DNA of 64,000 nucleotides from Escherichia coli (GTDB lineage Bacteria; Pseudomonadota; Gammaproteobacteria; Enterobacterales; Enterobacteriaceae): NCBI RefSeq assembly GCF_050320075.1, contig NZ_CP190018.1; one strand, 5' to 3'. Shown piece by piece: positions 60,883 to 64,000 of this stretch (position 1 is its first letter; each line of letters starts with the position of its first letter). The notes under the pieces were generated by a model. It saw only the letters and a program-made list of their open reading frames with translations, ran no database searches and was not told where the DNA came from. The position numbers and the translations under genes were made by a program.

Positions 60883-61605
60883 TTAGCGCGTAGCCCAACC
60901 CTGTTTGTGCAAATAATCCAGTATAAATGGGCGGCTTTCTTTAATGATTGTTCGGCGGATATGATCGCTCCAGGTATCCCGGCGATTATTGCTGCCACGG
61001 GTGAGGTTATATTCCGCCAGTTGTTCGTCATACTGCGCCAGTGCGTCTTTATCCAGCGGTTGATAGTTGTTTTCATGCACCAAAATGGAGGCCGGTAAAC
61101 GCGGCTTAAGATCCGGATTATCCGCAGGCCAGCCAAGGCACAGCCCAAACAGCGGCAGAACATGCTGCGGTAATTTCAGCAGTTCCGTCACCGCTTCAAT
61201 ATTATTGCGCAGGCCGCCGATATATACCCCGCCCAATCCCAGCGATTCCGCTGCGGTTAACGCATTCTGCGCCATCATTGCCGTATCAACGACACCGAGC
61301 AGCAATTGTTCCGCCAGGCCGAGCTGAGCATCCGGACAGATCTGTAAATGGCGGTTAAAGTCGGCACAGAACACCCAGAACTCCGCCGCTTGCGCTACGT
61401 GTTTTTGCCCGCCGGTCAGCGTCACCAGTTCATCACGTAACGCTTTGTCGGTAATGCGAATAATGCTACTGCACTGCAAAAAACTGGAACTGGACGTCGC
61501 ACGGGCGCTGTTAATAATCGCCTCACGCTGCGCTTCGGAAATGGGTTCATCAGTGAAATGGCGAATGGAGCGATGGCCACAAATAAGTTCAATGGTTGGC
61601 GTCAT
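60883..61605 (-). CDS. nfsA: oxygen-insensitive NADPH nitroreductase
   Basis: 240-aa ORF MTPTIELICGHRSIRHFTDEPISEAQREAIINSARATSSSSFLQCSSIIR... Confidence 0.95.
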   Translation of the reverse strand: MTPTIELICGHRSIRHFTDEPISEAQREAIINSARATSSSSFLQCSSIIRITDKALRDELVTLTGGQKHVAQAAEFWVFCADFNRHLQICPDAQLGLAEQLLLGVVDTAMMAQNALTAAESLGLGGVYIGGLRNNIEAVTELLKLPQHVLPLFGLCLGWPADNPDLKPRLPASILVHENNYQPLDKDALAQYDEQLAEYNLTRGSNNRRDTWSDHIRRTIIKESRPFILDYLHKQGWATR

Positions 61606-61876
61606 TATCTTTTTCTCTTTCTGAACGTGAATATTGCGGTGGACGGTTCATCAGCTGTGGGGCAAGACGTTTTGCCACCTGAAGAATAACCACCACCGCT
61701 GTGGGAAGCATGAGCAAAACACCGAGAAAAATCATCAGAATCTGCACTTCTGGCCGAGAAAATGGCTCAGGCAGCGACAGGGAGCCGCTTACCGACAGCA
61801 GCGCCACCGCCAGCAACATCATTCCGATAAATTCCAGTATCAACACGCTTTTAGGCAATTTACCGATCGCGCGCAT
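61589..61876 (-). CDS. ybjC: small membrane protein (DUF1418)
   Basis: 95-aa ORF whose 3' end overlaps nfsA by 17 nt. Confidence 0.88.
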   Translation of the reverse strand: MRAIGKLPKSVLILEFIGMMLLAVALLSVSGSLSLPEPFSRPEVQILMIFLGVLLMLPTAVVVILQVAKRLAPQLMNRPPQYSRSEREKDNDANH

Positions 61877-62035
61877 ACGCTTCCCTCTGCAAAGTGAGCC
61901 TTCAGTCTAAAACTTTTCACTGTATTGTGTTTAACAGTTATAGCTTTTAGCAATTAATGCAACAGGTTAAACCTACTTTCAGCGAATACATTTTAGCGTG
62001 ATCATTACAGGCATAAATCTATGAGGAGAGAAATA

Positions 62036-62293
62036 ATGCAAACCGTTATTTTTGGTCGTCCGGGTTGCCCTTACTGTGTGCGTGCAAAAGATCTGGCTGA
62101 GAAATTGAGCAATGAACGCGATGATTTTCAGTATCAGTATGTTGATATTCGTGCGGAAGGGATCACTAAAGAAGATCTACAACAAAAGGCAGGTAAACCC
62201 GTAGAAACCGTGCCGCAGATTTTTGTCGATCAGCAACATATCGGCGGCTATACCGATTTTGCTGCATGGGTGAAAGAGAATCTGGACGCCTGA
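62036..62293 (+). CDS. grxA: glutaredoxin 1
   Basis: ORF 62021..62293 trimmed to ATG at 62036 (MQTVIFGRPGCPYCVRAKDLAEKL..., 85 aa); CPYC active site. Confidence 0.96.
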   Translation: MQTVIFGRPGCPYCVRAKDLAEKLSNERDDFQYQYVDIRAEGITKEDLQQKAGKPVETVPQIFVDQQHIGGYTDFAAWVKENLDA

Positions 62294-62302
62294 TCGTCTG
62301 AC

Positions 62303-62335
62303 AAGCCCTCGCGTTGAGGGCTTTATTGATTTTTT
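62303..62335 (+). terminator. rho-independent terminator downstream of grxA (overlaps ybjM 3' end)
   Basis: Hairpin aagccctc-gcgtt-gagggctt followed by T-rich run. Confidence 0.75.
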
Positions 62336-62700
62336 CTGTGCTGTGGTTTAAACAAACTACTGATAAATAAGAAACACAGTGCCCCCAGCGCACACCAGAA
62401 CACCGCACTTAATAACCATGCCAGCTCTTGCCAGAATGAGCGCGTCGGTGAAAAAAACAGCCGCATAATAAGCATTGAACAGGGTGCCGCCAGCATTGCG
62501 CCAAACAGAGGTTTCAGGACTTCTCTACGCTGTGAAAAGAAGCTGGCAACTGCTCCAGGAAGAATGAAAAACAGCAAGCCGATTTCAGGATGCCCGGCAG
62601 CCCGAAAAGCGCCTTTCATATGCGTCGCCAGAAAAAGGCACACCACAATGAAGAGGACAAAACAGCAGATTGCCCCCGCCCAACGTTGTTTATGTTTCAC
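62323..62700 (-). CDS. ybjM: inner-membrane protein YbjM
   Basis: 125-aa hydrophobic ORF MKHKQRWAGAICCFVLFIVVCLFLATHMKGAF... Confidence 0.88.
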   Translation of the reverse strand: MKHKQRWAGAICCFVLFIVVCLFLATHMKGAFRAAGHPEIGLLFFILPGAVASFFSQRREVLKPLFGAMLAAPCSMLIMRLFFSPTRSFWQELAWLLSAVFWCALGALCFLFISSLFKPQHRKNQ

Positions 62701-62969
62701 TCGTTCCTCCTGACACTGCGTCTATCGAACACATTTTTCGCCAGTGTGGCGTTCAGTAAGATAAAGCCGCTTCGCATTCCATGCTAATATAGGCCAACGC
62801 AATTCATATAGCCGTTGATACCTAATGTGATTACACTAGTAAAATATATTGTTACTTTACTATCGTTTAGGTGCGCTGAATGAATCTGCGCCCTGAATTC
62901 TGGTAAAAAACATTATCGTAAATTACCATTTCTTTCAACAGCTTACTAGTAAACAAGAAGTTAGCCTCC

Positions 62970-64000
62970 GTGAATATAAACGTCGCCGAATTGTTAAATG
63001 GGAATTACATTCTGTTATTATTTGTGGTCCTCGCGCTTGGGCTATGTCTCGGGAAATTACGACTTGGTTCGATCCAACTGGGTAATTCCATTGGCGTTTT
63101 AGTCGTATCGCTGTTATTAGGCCAACAACATTTCAGCATTAACACCGACGCGCTTAATCTTGGCTTTATGCTGTTTATTTTCTGCGTCGGGGTCGAAGCC
63201 GGACCGAACTTTTTTTCCATTTTTTTTCGCGATGGGAAAAATTACCTAATGTTAGCACTGGTGATGGTTGGCAGTGCGCTGGTGATCGCCTTAGGGTTAG
63301 GTAAGCTGTTTGGCTGGGATATTGGCCTGACGGCCGGTATGTTAGCAGGCTCTATGACGTCGACACCGGTTCTGGTCGGTGCTGGCGATACACTGCGTCA
63401 TTCCGGCATGGAAAGCAGGCAGCTCTCACTGGCACTGGATAATCTGAGCCTCGGGTATGCCTTAACCTATTTAATCGGTCTGGTGAGTTTGATTGTTGGT
63501 GCGCGTTACTTGCCGAAATTGCAGCATCAGGACTTACAGACCAGCGCCCAGCAAATCGCCCGCGAACGTGGCCTGGACACAGATGCCAACCGTAAGGTTT
63601 ATTTGCCGGTGATCCGCGCCTACCGCGTCGGCCCGGAGCTGGTAGCCTGGACCGACGGCAAAAATCTGCGTGAACTGGGTATTTATCGACAAACCGGCTG
63701 CTACATTGAACGTATTCGGCGTAACGGGATTCTGGCAAATCCAGACGGTGATGCCGTACTACAAATGGGCGATGAAATAGCGTTGGTAGGCTATCCTGAC
63801 GCCCACGCCCGACTCGATCCCAGTTTCCGTAATGGCAAAGAAGTTTTCGATCGTGACCTTCTCGACATGCGTATCGTCACTGAAGAAGTGGTCGTTAAAA
63901 ACCATAACGCTGTTGGCAAACGCCTGGCACAACTGAAGTTGACCGATCACGGTTGCTTCCTTAACCGCGTCATTCGTAGCCAGATTGAGATGCCGATTGA
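62970..64000 (+). CDS. ybjL: putative AAE-family transporter YbjL, 5' partial (continues past window end)
   Basis: GTG start at 62970 ([33 protein letters not shown]...); I translated the window end in this frame (...[14 protein letters not shown]); not in the ORF track because no stop lies inside the window. Confidence 0.85.

Overview
This 64 kb window is a largely colinear stretch of an Escherichia coli-type chromosome, running pflB(3' end)-pflA-ycaMDC-dmsCBA-serS-rarA-lolA-ftsK-lrp-trxB-cydDC-aat-infA-serW-clpAS-cspD-macBA-ybjX-ybjD-aqpZ-lysO-hcp-hcr-poxB-ltaE-ybjT-ybjS-amiD-ybjQ-[insertion]-ybjP-artPIQMJ-rlmC-ybjO-potIHGF-ybjN-rimK-nfsA-ybjC-grxA-ybjM-ybjL(5' part). Gene identities and trimmed start codons come from reading the supplied ORF translations against protein sequences and gene order I recall for E. 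coli K-12; nothing was searched or aligned. About 60 CDS are dense and mostly housekeeping, with one tRNA-Ser, two REP elements and several clear rho-independent terminators. Three places depart from the K-12 layout as I remember it: (1) a ~2.6 kb AT-rich insertion between ybjQ and ybjP carrying a single 600-aa pentapeptide-repeat ORF, the strongest candidate for acquired, uncharacterised function; (2) two tandem ~178 bp units downstream of serW, each re-creating the serW terminator and the last ~18 nt of the tRNA; (3) apparent absence of ycaK-ycaN between pflA and ycaM. I saw no CRISPR array, IS/transposase, integrase, prophage or multi-gene defence island, so the case for a novel system rests on the single-gene insertion and is modest.
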